NCBI GenBank assembly: GCA_043228905.1 | Contig: JBHGNT010000021.1 | Location: forward strand, 8,680,001 to 8,744,000 | Reading direction: 5' to 3' | Length of the DNA: 64,000 bases | From: Azolla caroliniana | Taxonomy: Eukaryota > Plantae > Polypodiophyta | In this document: positions 24,301-36,651 of the stretch, in pieces | How positions within the stretch are numbered: position 1 is the first letter of the stretch | Layout of the letters: each line of letters opens with the position of its first letter | Made by a program: the position numbers and the translations under genes | The notes under the pieces: generated by a model | Told to the model about the DNA's origin: nothing | Databases searched by the model: none | Seen by the model: the letters and a program-made list of their open reading frames with translations, nothing else

Positions 24301-25076
24301 GTCGGGGCTTGTCTGCTGTGCCGAGGTCCACCTCCTCGAGTTGGGATGCTTTTACCCTCTGGGATATCGTCATTTCCCTCTCTAGGGATTCCTGCGCTTG
24401 TCGCAGTTCCCGGATCGCCGCTTGGTCCGGTTCTTCCGGCGTCGTAATGTACGGTTCTACTGCCGCCATGATATCCACCTCAAATAGTGGGACGATTTGT
24501 GGGTGTTCCTCGAGGTACCGCTCGACTTCCTCGTCCGGTAATCCCTCCAGCTCGTCGGTCGGACTGAGCTAGTATCCGCCATGCGTAACCAGAAGGGGCA
24601 TGGTTCCCATTCCCGGATGCCTAGGTCGTTGCATGTCTGTTGGCTGATGACATTTACCCCGGAGCCTCCGTCAATAATCGTTCCAGCAATTTCCTTTCCT
24701 TTCACGATTGCCGTGATCACCGGGCTACTTGTATCGACCACCGCTGGTCCTTCCTCTGGGTTGGAGAAGAATGCCGGTGCTGGCGTCGGCTTCGGTTTGC
24801 TGACGGATGCCTGTAGGTTTGCCGTAAATCGTGGCACTAACTGTAGTAGTCGTGCTAACGGCAACACGATTTGACAGTCCTGTAGCGCTTGCCACGTCGG
24901 GTTTTCTCCTGGCTGTATGATTTCTTCGTCTTTTGGCATATTTTGGTCTCTTACTTCTGCCGCATTCTGTTCATTGGCCTCCTTGATCCATTGTGTCGCT
25001 TGTTTTCTGATTGCCTCCTGGGCTTCCCACTTGGCGGTCTTTCCCTTTGACCGGGTTGTGACCTGCTGTACCTCTG
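21337..25076 (-). pseudogene. pol: G3 pol (PR, RT, RH, INT) with an apparent deletion in PR, a frameshift near 24190 and a stop at 22063
   Basis: IIDGGSGVNVI; RVCVDYRKLN...FLDGFSGYNQI...FLDDF; FIDASN, EREALG; HCGIVGGH/CDLC, WGLDF, SDQGGHF, WTGPF. Confidence 0.93.
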
Positions 25077-26978
25077 TTATTTCGGCTGTACCATGTTGAC
25101 TTCCGGCTGCTTGTCATAGCTTTTGCTTGGGCATTGGTTACTATAGTGGCCTTCCTTGCGGCAGTAATAACAGTACACCTTGTGACTGTTGCTCGTTTCT
25201 GCTTTGTCCCCGGTTTGGAGGGTGGGTATGCTCCGGCGGTCGTCTTCGGTTTTTCGGTTATCCGGTACCGATATCGGGTTGTCATTCCTTGCTGCCTCCC
25301 GACGTTCCTCTCTTCGGAAAAATCCACGCTTCTGATTCCGTCGGAAATTTCGGTTCCCTTGTCGCCTCTCTTCTCTGCGTCGGTCGTATTCCGGGGCTTC
25401 GTCTCGGTCGTACCGGTCCCGGGGGTAGCTATCTTTGCGTTTCTCCTCTCGGTCATAGTTGTCGCGTCTTGTATCAGCGTATCCTTGTCGCCTCTCTTCT
25501 CTGCGTCGGTCGTCTTCCGGGGATTCGTCTCTGTCGTACCGGTCCCGGGGGTAGCTATCTCTGCGTCTCTCCTCTCGGTCATAGTTGTCGCGTCTTCTAT
25601 CAGCGTATCTGTTACCGCGTTCGCGTTGGTAGCGGTCGTCTCTCCGGAATCGATCCTTGTTCGGGTTTTGATTGCGCGGTTCTATGTGTCGAACCGGTGC
25701 TGCCTGCCGATTTAACAGGTTATATTCGCATCGGTCCGTTGTATGGGCTCGAGAGTTGCAGATCACACATTGTGTCCGCAGGGTGCAGTCCATTGTTGAG
25801 TGCCCCGAATTTAGGCATGTTGTGCATTGTAAGGCCTGTCGGAACCTCAGGTCTTCCTCCTTTGGGAGTGCCCGTTGTAACATCCCCATCGACAAGAAGG
25901 GGCTAGTCTTGTCCATTTCTAAAACCCGATCAATAACTTGGTCCATTGTGCTGGTTTGGAAATCAAGGACTCCGCACATTGTTCGAAGTGGCTCTTTCAG
26001 TGCGGCCAGAAAGACTGCTTTGGCTTCGTCTTCGGGTGGTGCTCTTGTCAGTTGGTTGTGCAGGGTCTGGAACCGAATGATGAATTGTGGCATAGTCTCG
26101 TTCTCTTCCTGCCGGGTGGTGTAGAACTGCCCGACCAATTCCCTTTGCTCAAATTGTCTGTGAAAAAACCTGAGGAATCTGGCCTTCAAGGCATCGAATG
26201 TGGCAAAGGTGCCTGGTAAGTGCTTTGCGTGCCATTGGGCCGCCGGTCCTTCTAAGGTTATGCCGAATTCAGCGATTTTGGATCGTTCGGCTTCGGGCTC
26301 CGTCAGTCTTTGGGAGATATGGTTGGCTTCCCATGTTTGGAGGAATGCGTACACGTGTGCCTCCGCGTCGGCCTCATCCCGGTACTTCGGGTATGGGTAC
26401 GGCATCGTGTCGTCCAACTGACTCTCCTGTTTCCTCCGCTCTCTGTCCGCTGTTGGCGTTGGTGTGAGAACCTTTGGTTCCTCCGCGGGTGTTGCTGGTG
26501 TCCGGTTCGTTGGTTCCACCGCGGGTGTTGTCGGTATCCGCTCAGCCTTCCTCGGCGGTTGCTGGTCACCGAATTCCAGGGTTATTTCTTCCCCTGGCGT
26601 CGGTGTTACTGAGTCTTCCGACCCCTCGTCCTCCCGGTCGTTTGGTGTGTCGTGGCTGCTTTTATACCGGGATGCAACGCTTCCGTCGCTTTCCGACTCC
26701 GCCTCAAGTGTTGCAAATGCTTCTGAGTCCCCGTCGCCCACGGCGAGCGTCTGCAGTATCGTTTCCGCCTCTTGCAGGCTTGTTATGCTACTGCCTTCAT
26801 CGGGGATTTGCAGAACCCGGAACTGCAGTGCTTCTTCTGCGACTCTCCGAAGAGTTTTGGAGAATGACCGATCCCGCCGGATCTCGTCGACGGCTTGCTG
26901 CAGGGCTTCCCGTCGTTGCTCGCGTTCGGTGTATCGTCTCCCTCGTTCGGTGATGTGGTCGTCGTTTGGTCTAGACAT
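25077..26978 (-). CDS. gag: G3 gag with three zinc knuckles; probably fused to pol before a 1-nt deletion near 25090
   Basis: CTTCLNSGHSTMDC, CVICNSRAHTTDRC, CYYCRKEGHYSNQC; capsid-like QEENETMPQFIIRF. Start placed approximately at the first ATG after the PBS. Confidence 0.85.
   Translation of the reverse strand: MSRPNDDHITERGRRYTEREQRREALQQAVDEIRRDRSFSKTLRRVAEEALQFRVLQIPDEGSSITSLQEAETILQTLAVGDGDSEAFATLEAESESDGSVASRYKSSHDTPNDREDEGSEDSVTPTPGEEITLEFGDQQPPRKAERIPTTPAVEPTNRTPATPAEEPKVLTPTPTADRERRKQESQLDDTMPYPYPKYRDEADAEAHVYAFLQTWEANHISQRLTEPEAERSKIAEFGITLEGPAAQWHAKHLPGTFATFDALKARFLRFFHRQFEQRELVGQFYTTRQEENETMPQFIIRFQTLHNQLTRAPPEDEAKAVFLAALKEPLRTMCGVLDFQTSTMDQVIDRVLEMDKTSPFLSMGMLQRALPKEEDLRFRQALQCTTCLNSGHSTMDCTLRTQCVICNSRAHTTDRCEYNLLNRQAAPVRHIEPRNQNPNKDRFRRDDRYQRERGNRYADRRRDNYDREERRRDSYPRDRYDRDESPEDDRRREERRQGYADTRRDNYDREEKRKDSYPRDRYDRDEAPEYDRRREERRQGNRNFRRNQKRGFFRREERREAARNDNPISVPDNRKTEDDRRSIPTLQTGDKAETSNSHKVYCYYCRKEGHYSNQCPSKSYDKQPEVNMVQPK
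25355..25600 (-). repeat. 120-bp (40-aa) in-frame tandem repeat in G3 gag
   Basis: RDNYDREE..RDSYPRDRYDRDE.PE.DRRREERRQG twice. Confidence 0.9.
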
Positions 26979-27013
26979 CCATCCCCCGGTTGTCCTCTGC
27001 ACTTTGCAGGAAT

Positions 27014-27024
27014 CGTGGTCGCCA
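27014..27024 (-). promoter_or_regulatory. G3 PBS, probably tRNA-Arg
   Basis: TGGCGACCACG, 6 nt inside the 5' LTR. Confidence 0.7.
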
Positions 27025-27420
27025 AAATAGTGTTGTCTGTCTGGCCGGACTAGCCTCAACACAGGTGTCTATCCGACACTTCTCCAAAGGGGTGGTAAGG
27101 ATTGGATGCTAGGTTACACGCATAAGATGATTACAATTAAGCACAGACGGCAAACAATACGAGATACAGATAAATACGCAATAATTACTATTGTATTACT
27201 TCCGTCAAAACACTTTACAAATCATCGGATCCTTTTATAGGCATCCGGCAAGGTTACAATCGGTGCGCTTAGGCAACCGACATCCGAATCGGTTCGGATC
27301 CGGATCGGTACAACTGTACCGAATCCGTCCCTCCGAATAATAATTCTACTATTATTTACTTCCTATTATCCGATCCGATTCAGCCTTCCCACTTGTCCTT
27401 GCTCTTCTGACCGGCCAACA

Positions 27421-29253
27421 AGGGTCAACTCAGAAGATGGCAACCATTTCACTATGTCAGTTGCGTAAAGAAGGGCGCAAGGAAGAAATGTTCCTCTTTG
27501 CAATATCAGTAAACCCCTCCAGCATCACTAAAGAAGAATCCACCGTTCAACTTCCCGAGAAGTATCGTCATTACGTCGATGTGTTCGATAAATTACAATC
27601 CAACACACTTCCTCATCATCGACCATACGATTGCCCCATCGATTTACAACCGGGAAAAGAGTCGCCATGGGGACCGATCTACAATTTGTCACCAACCGAG
27701 CTGGAAGTCCTTCGGGCCTATATAGAGGAGAATTTGGAAAATGGTTTCATTCGGCATTCGAAATCTCCAGCTGGCGCGCCCATTTTCTTTGTCAAGAAAA
27801 AGGATGGATCGCTTCGTCTCGTTATAGATTATCGTGGCCTGAATAAGGTTACAATCAGGAATAGGTATGCTCTTCCCCTTATCTCAAGTCTTTTAGAACG
27901 GATCAATGGTGCCAGGTTCTTCACGAAGATCGACTTACGGGGAGCATATAACCTCGTACTGATCCGACCAGGAGACAAATGGAAGACTGCGTTTCGCACC
28001 AAATATGGGCACTTCGAGTATACGGTCATGCCGTTCGGCCTCACTAATGCGCCGGCAGTCTTCCAGCACATGGCTAATGATATATTCCGAGATCTATTGG
28101 ATGATTGTTTGATCATCTATTTGGATGATCTACTGGTTTATTCAAAAACCCAAGAAGAACATGATTCTCATGTACTATTAGTACTAAAACGATTTCGAGA
28201 ACATGGTTTGTATGCAAAGCTGGAAAAATGTAGTTTCGGGTGCAACCAAGTGGAATTTCTCGGGTACATCATTTCGTCAGAAGGCATCTCCATGGACCCA
28301 GCTAAGGTCAAAACGGTGGTAGAATGGCAGACTCCACGTTCGGTGTGGGATGTGCAATGCTTCCTAGGCTTTGCCAATTTTTACCGGAAGTTCATACAAG
28401 ATTACTCAAAGATCGTTCTACCTCTCACACAACTTACCAGGAAGGGACAACCGTTCATCTGGTCTGAAGAAACGGGCATGGCTTTCGAGAGTCTTAAAAA
28501 GGCATTTACATCGGCTCCAATTCTAGCTCATGTCGATCCGGAAAAACCATTCATTATCGAAGCTGACGCATCGGATTTTGCATTGGGGAGCATTTGTCAC
28601 AACAGGGGAATGATGAGAAGCGACATCTTGTGGCTTTTCACTCACGCAAGTTTGACGCCGCCGAAATCAACTACGAAATTCATGATAAGGAGCTATTGGC
28701 AATAGTGGATTCTTTTATGCAATGGAGGCATTTTCTGGAGGGATCCTCTCATCCGGTCACTGTATTTAGTGACCACAAGAACCTTGCCTACTTTCAGGAT
28801 GCTCGTGTGTTGAATCGACGTCAAGCTCGGTGGGCCCACTTCCTCACGCGTTTCGACTTCAAAATTACATATCGTCCGGGGAAGCACCAAGGGAAGGCAG
28901 ATGCATTATCACGACATTCGTATCTAGCACCCCGTCCCGGCGAGCCAGCTTTCGATAACCAAAAACAAGTCATCTTGGGACCGGCACGACTACAAGCAAC
29001 ACAGATCTTTGACATGCCCATGGATTCCCGCGTTATCGATACCATACGCGAAGACTTGAAGACAGATGCGTTCGCCCAAGCTATACTAGCACAAATTGAT
29101 CCCTCTCGCGCGTCGTGTTCACAGTCGCAACCACTAGGTACAGACTATCGGCAATTCAAATACCATGATGGATTACTCTTCTTTAAAGAACTTTTGTATG
29201 TTCCTAATGGTTCTTGCCGCCTTCAAGTAGTACAAAACTGTCATGACACATAT
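27421..29253 (+). pseudogene. pol: T2 RT and RNase H (frameshift near 28594)
   Basis: PWGPIYNLS, LVIDYRGLN, YLDDLL, EADASDFALG, YEIHDKELLAIV. Confidence 0.93.
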
Positions 29254-29334
29254 TTTGTTGGGATTTCGGTCCCTCCGGATGGGATGTCCGGAGATGAATG
29301 ACGGCAAGCCCGGAGGCTGTTACCGAACCGTATG

Positions 29335-29475
29335 ATGAAGAGTACCCGGCATGAAGCCGGATGAAGAGTACCCGGCTACGGATCCGGATGATGAAGACCC
29401 CGGTTACGGAGCCGGATGATGAAGACCCCGGTTACGGAGCCGGATGCTGAAGACCCCGGTTACGGAGCCGGATGA
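29335..29475 (+). repeat. 28-bp CCGG-rich tandem array in C2 U3 (also ~34163-34303)
   Basis: GCCGGATGATGAAGACCCCGGTTACGGA about three times plus degenerate copies. Confidence 0.9.
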
Positions 29476-29656
29476 CGTATGTACCCGGAGAGAGATCCGG
29501 ATACGGGGACATATCTGTGAATATGTTTGCCAAGGGCCCTTGAGGCTATATTTGTAAATAGCCCGAAAGTCATATATGTATAAATATGACTTAGGGCAAA
29601 CAGTTTTGGTTGTTGCTCATTTTATGTTTTCAGCCGAGAGAGCGAAGTGTGAGCAG

Positions 29657-29696
<40 letters not shown>

Positions 29697-29999
29697 GAGG
29701 TCGACGCCTCTGTGTATTGCCGCCGCCTGTGGCGAAGACAGTGAGCTCAAGGTCGTTGCCTTGAAGCTTCACCATTGTACATCCCTGTTCATAGTGATAG
29801 TTGGAGTTGTGCACTCCCGTGGTTTTTCCCGTTTAGGGTTTTCCACGTTATACCCTGTGTATTCGTCTCTCGTGTCTTTCTCTGTATTTCCTATTTTCTG
29901 CTGCATTGATCCGTGTTGGCCCGGTTGTGGCCGGGAGGCGAAAGATTTGATAGCGTCAAATCTCAACAATCTGGTATCAGAGCGACGGTAACACAGAAA

Positions 30000-32900
30000 A
30001 TGGAAGGCGGCGGTAGTGGGCCTCCGGGCATGATGGTGCTGAACGCGCAGAACTACGCCGACTAGAAGATAAAGATGGAGGATCTGCTCATTGTTCGGGA
30101 CCTGTATGAACCGATCGACAGGTCGGAAATACCCAAGGGGGTACTTGAGACGGAGTGGAGGCTTCTGAACCGGAAAGCCGTTGCAACCATTCGGCAATAC
30201 GTCGACGTGAGCGTTCTACAACACGTGGCGAACGACACCAACGCATATGAGATGTGGAGGAAGCTGTCGGGCCTCTACGAGAGGAAGAATGCGTTGAACC
30301 GGACCTCCCTGATGAGAAAGATTGTGAACCTCAAGTACCGGGACGGCGAGAGTATGGTGGAACACGTAAGCACGTTCATGGGATTCGTGAACCAGCTTGC
30401 GGCGATCAAGTTCCCGTTGGAGGATGCAATGCAAGCCATCATCCTGATGTGTACATTGCCGGACAGCTGGGAGAACTTGGTGGTGACTCTCAGCACCTCC
30501 TGCACGGAAGACAACTTGTCCTTACAAACGGTAAAGACGAGTATTTTGAACGAAGAAGCGCGTCGGAGAGATAAAGAACCGGCCTCCGACTCGAAGGCGC
30601 TGCTTACCGAATCGGATCGGGGAAGACAATGGAACCGGAGTCCGCAAAGACGGGAGAAGTCGGGGACCCGGTCGCAGTCAAGAGGAAGGCCCACATGCTT
30701 CCACTGTGGGAAGCCGGGGCACTTCCGGAAGAATTGTCGGCATTACCGAAAGGACAATAGAGCCGACGACACCGATTCGAAGAAGTCACCGGAGAGAAAC
30801 GGTGCATACCGGGGAGCCACGGACCGGAGAGGTCCGGATCGGCGAGGGCAGGATCGGAAAGGAACGACGGCACTCGCGGCAAGTGAAGAAGAGATAATGC
30901 TTATTACCGAAGAGAGGGAGCTGAACCTTGCCGGTGTAGAGATGACCTGGGTGGTCGATTCCGGAGCGTCGTTCCACCTGACCCCGGAGAAGAAATACTT
31001 CTCATCCTACACAGCCGGTGAGCACGGCTGTGTCCGGATGGGAAATGAAGGCACATGCCGGATTGCCGGCATAGGAGACGTGTGGCTGATGACATCAACC
31101 GGATGCAAGATGCTGCTGAAGGATGTGCGACACGTTCCGGAGGTCCGATTGAACCTGATCTCGGCCGGGAGGCTAGATGATGAAGGCTACACGGGTAGCA
31201 TCCGGAACGGTGTCATGAAGTTCAGCAAGGGGAGCCTGATAGTGGCTCGGGCCCGGAAGGTCAACACACTGTACCTGATGAATGCCCGGTTATGTCCGGA
31301 AGAGCTGAATGTGGCAGCCGACACTGCCGGTGAGCTGTGGCACAAAAGACTGTGCCACATGAGTGAGAAGGGGATGAAGAGGCTTGCAGAAGACAACCTT
31401 ATTCCAGTGAAGCATGTGCACCTGGAGAAGTGCACCGACTGTCTGGCCGGTAAGCAAAACCGGACCTCCTTCCACTCAAGGCCACCGACGAGACGTAGCG
31501 CACCATTGGAGTTGGTGCACACCGATGTGTGTCAGGTAGAAACGAAGTCACATGGCGGAGCCCAGTACTTCGTAACATTCATTGATGATCACAGCCGGAA
31601 GCTGTGGACGGCCCCGTTGAAGACAAAGGACCAAGTATTGTCCGTCTTCAAAGATCTCCACGCGAGAGTGGAAAGGGAATCCGGCAAGAAGCTGAAAGCG
31701 ATACGAGCGGATAACGGAGGGGAATACCGGGGGCAGTTCCAGGAGTACTGCCGCTCGAAGGGAATCCGGCTCGAGTTTACCGTGCCGAAGACGCCGGAAC
31801 TGAACGGGCTGGCCGAGAGGATGAACCGGACCATAATGGAGAGGGTCCGGAGTATGCTGGCGCATGCGAAATTACCCAAGGGATTTTGGGCTGAGGCAAT
31901 GTCGACGGCGACATATGTGATAAACAGATCACCCTCAGTACCTTTGGACGGAGACACGCCGCAGAGAGTGTGGACCGGTAAGGAAGTGTCCTACCGGCAT
32001 CTGAAGGTGTTCGGGTGTCTCGCATACGTGCATGTGGCAAAGGACCGGAGAGGAAAGTTAGATCCAAAGACCCGGCCATGCATATTCCTCGGTTACGGCG
32101 ACGACGAGTTCGGCTACCGAGTATGGGACCCGGTCGACAAGAAGATATTCAGGAGTCGAGACATCATCTTCATGGAGGACGAGACACTCGCCGACTGGGA
32201 GTCGGAGAAGAAGATGAAGAGCTCAAAGTCGACCGGTGAGGATCAACTCTACGAGGAGCAGTCCCGACCGGCAAGGGACCGGTTAGCACTCGAGGATCCG
32301 GCCGAAGACGGTGAAGAAACAGAACCGGCCGAAGAAGATGAAAATGATACCGGAACCGGCCCCGATCCCGAAATGGATTCGGATGAAGAAGAATCGGAAG
32401 AACCGGTTACCGAAGCTCTGGAACGGAGATATCCTCTAAGAGAGAGAAGGGCCCCCCGGAGATTTCCGGAACCAGAGCACGTGCTGCTAACCGACGAAGG
32501 GGAGCCGGAGAGCTTTGAAGAAGCAAAGCATGACACCCAGAGCCGCAGGTGGTTGAGTGCCATGCAGGACGAGATGGATTCCCTGCATGAGAACCACACA
32601 TATGAACTTGTGGAGTTGCCGAAAGGAAAGCGGGCACTTCGAAACAAGTGGGTGTTCAAGCTGAAACCGGGAGATGCCGGAAACCCCCCGAGATACAAAG
32701 CCCGGATCGTGGTGAAGGGGTTTCAGCAGAAGAAGGGCGTCGACTTCGACGAGATATTTGCCCCGGTAGTGAAGATGACCTCCATCCGGACGGTGCTGAG
32801 CATAGCGGCAAGCATGGACCTTGAGGTAGAACAGATGGACGTGAAGACGGCATTCCTTCACGGTGACCTCGAAGAAGAGATCTACATGCAGCAACCGGAA

Positions 32901-34073
32901 GGATTCGAGAAGAAAGGGAAGGAGCACCTGGTATGCCGGTTGAAGAAGAGCCTTTACGGACTGAAGCAGGCTCCCCGGCAATGGTACCGGAAGTTCGACT
33001 CCTTCATGACCGACGAAGGGTACCTCAAAACGCAGTCTGACCACTGCGTGTTTGTGAAGAAGTTCGAAGGAGGAGACTTTCTAATACTCCTCCTGTACGT
33101 GGACGACATGTTGATCGTTGGACGAGACCAGGTCAAGATACGGATGCTGAAGAAGGCTCTTCACCGAACCTTCTCAATGAAGGACTTGGGTCCGGCGAGA
33201 CAAATACTAGGGATGCACATCATCCGGGACCGGAGCAAGAAGCAGTTGTGGCTGTCACAAGAGAAGTACGTGACAAAGGTGCTTCAACGGTTCAACATGT
33301 CGGAAGCAAGACCGGTCGGATCAACCCTACCGGCAAACTGCAAGCTGTCCAGCAAGCAAAGTCCCAAGACAAAGGCTGAAAAGGAGGATATGATGAAAGT
33401 GCCGTATGCCTCAGCCGTCGGGAGCTTGATGTATGCCATGGTGTGTACGAGACCGGACATAGGATATGCAGTCGGAGTGGTGAGCCGGTACATGAGCAAT
33501 CCCGGCAAAGAGCATTGGAACGCGGCCAAATGGATACTCCGATACCTGAAGGGCACGGCAAACATGTGCCTCCGATTCGGCTCCGGCAAGCCCGAACTCG
33601 ACGGCTTCACCGATTCGGATATGTCGGCTGATGCAGATACCAGCCGGTCCACATCAGGGTATGTGATGACGTATGCAGGGGGAGCTGTTTCATGGCAGTC
33701 GAGGCTGCAGAAGACGGTTGCGTTGTCAACCACGGAGGCGGAGTACATGGCGGCTGTTGAAGCCGGCAAGGAAATAATATGGATGAAGGACTTCATTAGA
33801 GAGCTCGGTATCCAACAGGAGGAGTACCGACTCTACTGCGACAGTCAGAGTGCAATCCACCTTGCGAAGAACGCGGCCTATCACTCCCGGACGAAGCACA
33901 TCCAGCGTAGATACCACTGGATCCGGGAAAGGATAGAAGACAAGGAGTTCGTGCTGGCGAAGATCCACACGGACGAGAACGGCTCAGATATGCTGACCAA
34001 AGTGCTCACACCCGACAAGCTGGAAGCATGCCGGAAGAGGATCGGATTGGAGAGACATCCCATGCCGAAGTGA
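30000..34073 (+). CDS. C2 Gag-Pol polyprotein; single TAG at codon 22, then 1,332 aa open from ATG 30075
   Basis: CFHCGKPGHFRKNC, WVVDSGAS, WHKRLCH/CTDC, DNGGEY, YVDDML, FTDSD, GSDMLTK. Confidence 0.95.
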
Positions 34074-34484
34074 AGGGGGAGTTTGTTGGGATTTCGGTCC
34101 CTCCGGATGGGATGTCCGGAGATGAATGACGGCAAGCCCGGAGGCTGTTACCGAACCGTATGATGAAGAGTACCCGGCATGAAGCCGGATGAAGAGTACC
34201 CGGCTACGGATCCGGATGATGAAGACCCCGGTTACGGAGCCGGATGATGAAGACCCCGGTTACGGAGCCGGATGCTGAAGACCCCGGTTACGGAGCCGGA
34301 TGACGTATGTACCCGGAGAGAGATCCGGATACGGGGACATATCTGTGAATATGTTTGCCAAGGGCCCTTGAGGCTATATTTGTAAATAGCCCGAAAGTCA
34401 TATATGTATAAATATGACTTAGGGCAAACAGTTTTGGTTGTTGCTCATTTTATGTTTTCAGCCGAGAGAGCGAAGTGTGAGCAG

Positions 34485-34540
<56 letters not shown>

Positions 34541-34818
34541 GAGGTCGACGCCTCTGTGTATTGCCGCCGCCTGTGGCGAAGACAGTGAGCTCAAGGTCGT
34601 TGCCTTGAAGCTTCACCATTGTACATCCCTGTTCATAGTGATAGTTGGAGTTGTGCACTCCCGTGGTTTTTCCCGTTTAGGGTTTTCCACGTTATACCCT
34701 GTGTATTCGTCTCTCGTGTCTTTCTCTGTATTTCCTATTTTCTGCTGCATTGATCCGTGTTGGCCCGGTTGTGGCCGGGAGGCTAAAGATTTGATAGCGT
34801 CAAATCTCAACAACATAT

Positions 34819-36108
34819 ACAGCTGGGCATTTTGGTAGTACTAAAACATTACATTTAGTACAACGATCATTCTGGTGGCCCTATATGCAACAATTTGTCG
34901 AGGATTTTGTTCGGACTTGTGATACATGCTACAGAGCGAAAATGCCAAGGCATCATCCATATGGTTTATTAGAACCATTACCAATTCCAAGCAAGCCGTG
35001 GCAATCCATTGCTCTAGACTTCATCACATATCTTCCAGTCTCTAAGGGGTTCAATGCGATTCTAACGGTGGTCGATCGATATACGAAGATGGCTCATTTC
35101 TTGACATGTACTAAGGAGATCTCCAGTGAAGACACTGCCGAAATTGTCATGCGTGAAGTATGTCAGCATCATGGACTTCCCGATAGTATCATCAGCGACC
35201 GTGGACCCCAGTTCGTATCAAAATTCTGGAAGCACCTTTTTAACATGCTCAAGGTCACTTGTAACCTCTCCTCCGGCTACCACCCCCAAACCGATGGCCA
35301 AGCCGAACAAACCAATCAAACGCTGGAGTAGTATCTGCGGTGATTTCTCAGCTATCATCAGGATGACTGGGCAGATATTCTCCACTTCGCCGAATTTGCC
35401 TATAACAACTCTATCCACGCATCCACTAAAGTTACGCCATTTTATGCTTATACGGGATGTCACCCCCGGTGGTGTGTACTTGAAACCCCAGAGGTGTCCA
35501 CAAATCCTTGCACCGAAGATCGTTTGGAGAAGTTACGCAAGATACAAGCGGATGTATCTACTCACCTCCAACAAGCTCAACAAACACACAAGGTTTATGC
35601 GGATCGTCATCGACTCCCATCTAGTTTTAACATTGGAGATTGGGTATGGCTGTAACTCCGACGACACATCAAGACCACTCGCCCATGCGAGAAGTTGGAT
35701 TATCGGCGATTAGGTCCTTTCCGTATTACAGGAAAGATTAATGATGTCGCTTTTCGTCTTGATCTACCTCCACAACTTCGGATACATCCGGTGTTTCATA
35801 GTTCTCTCCTCGAACCCTATCAAGAGAGCACCATCCCAGGACGTATTACACAGCCTCCACCCCCGATCGAGCTTGAAGATGGACCCGAGTACGAGGTTGC
35901 CGCCATCCTTGATTCCAAGCTTGTTCGCGACAAGCTCTACTATCTATCGATTGGCTAGGATATAGTCCCAGCGAGCGTACTTGGGAACCGATAGAGAATG
36001 TCACCAATGCTCGTGCTCTTCTTGAAGACTTCCATCGTCAATATCCAGAAAAACCGGGTCCTCAATCCAAAACAACTCGTTAGACTCGTCGTTTTAAAGG
36101 GGGGATAG
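34819..36108 (+). pseudogene. pol: T2 integrase and chromodomain, several stops
   Basis: AGHFG, PWQSIALDFI, SDRGPQF, LGPFRI, EYEVAAILDSK. Confidence 0.92.
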
Positions 36109-36538
36109 TGTCATGATATGGCAAGACTCCAACCCATGACCTTATGCTACATGGGTCGAGCTCTTCACCATTAGACTATACATTGTAATACGTAGAATAT
36201 TATTTTCATTTATATTTTATTATAGAAAATTGATGTATATTCCATATTTCTCTGGAACATTCTAGAAACTTCAGGAGTATTCCTTAGAACACTATAAAAG
36301 GAGGCACAATGCATTATTTCGAACCAAATCGGTTCAACGCCAGTCTTAAGCCTCCTAGCTACTGTACATTTTCTTCACATAGTATATATCTTTTCTTATC
36401 ATCACTCTCTCTCTCTCTCAATCTCTCTCTCCCTCCCTCTCACTCACTCTTTCCTTCTCTCGAGAGTTCTTCACCTCTCTTAGTACTAATACTTCTTTTA
36501 GTACTAATTCCTTCTCTGTCTTAGTACTGTTCCTGACA
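36109..36538 (+). repeat. T2 3' LTR
   Basis: Repeat of 15519-15927; follows the PPT. Confidence 0.95.
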
Positions 36539-36620
36539 CCCTCCTCCCTCTTTGTAAAATGTTGAGTCTTTCTCCTTTGTTAATACAATCTACCTTGCGT
36601 ATACTCTGTGTGTGTGTGTG

Positions 36621-36651
<31 letters not shown>

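Larger units (their letters stand above)
17513..27420 (-). mobile_element. G3: young non-chromovirus Ty3/Gypsy element (Athila/Tat-like RT) with a 3' extra ORF
   Basis: 390-bp LTRs 17513-17902 and 27031-27420 (2 differences); TSD AGGGT at 17508-17512 and 27421-27425; PBS TGGCGACCACG. Confidence 0.96.
29256..34812 (+). mobile_element. C2: very young Ty1/Copia element, Tnt1/Tork-like
   Basis: LTRs 29256-29968 and 34084-34812 differ by one substitution and (GA)n length; PBS TGGTATCAGAGCG at 29972; PPT 34072-34083; TSD ACATA(T). Confidence 0.97.
15519..36538 (+). mobile_element. T2: chromovirus (Tcn1-like Ty3/Gypsy) inserted in the C1 5' LTR
   Basis: LTRs 15519-15927 (3' end lost) and 36109-36538 (TGTCA...TGACA); TSD ACCTC/CCCTC; PPT 36096-36108; gag, PR, RT, RH, INT, chromodomain. 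Confidence 0.95.

Noticed and set aside
25077-25100. Programmed frameshift at the G3 gag end
   Set aside because: No clear slippery heptamer or stem; a 1-nt deletion explains it better, though sister copies are needed to confirm.
29335-29475. 28-bp repeats (also ~3960-4100 and ~37720-37940) as a CRISPR array
   Set aside because: Head-to-tail units without unique spacers, inside LTRs, no cas genes, eukaryotic context.
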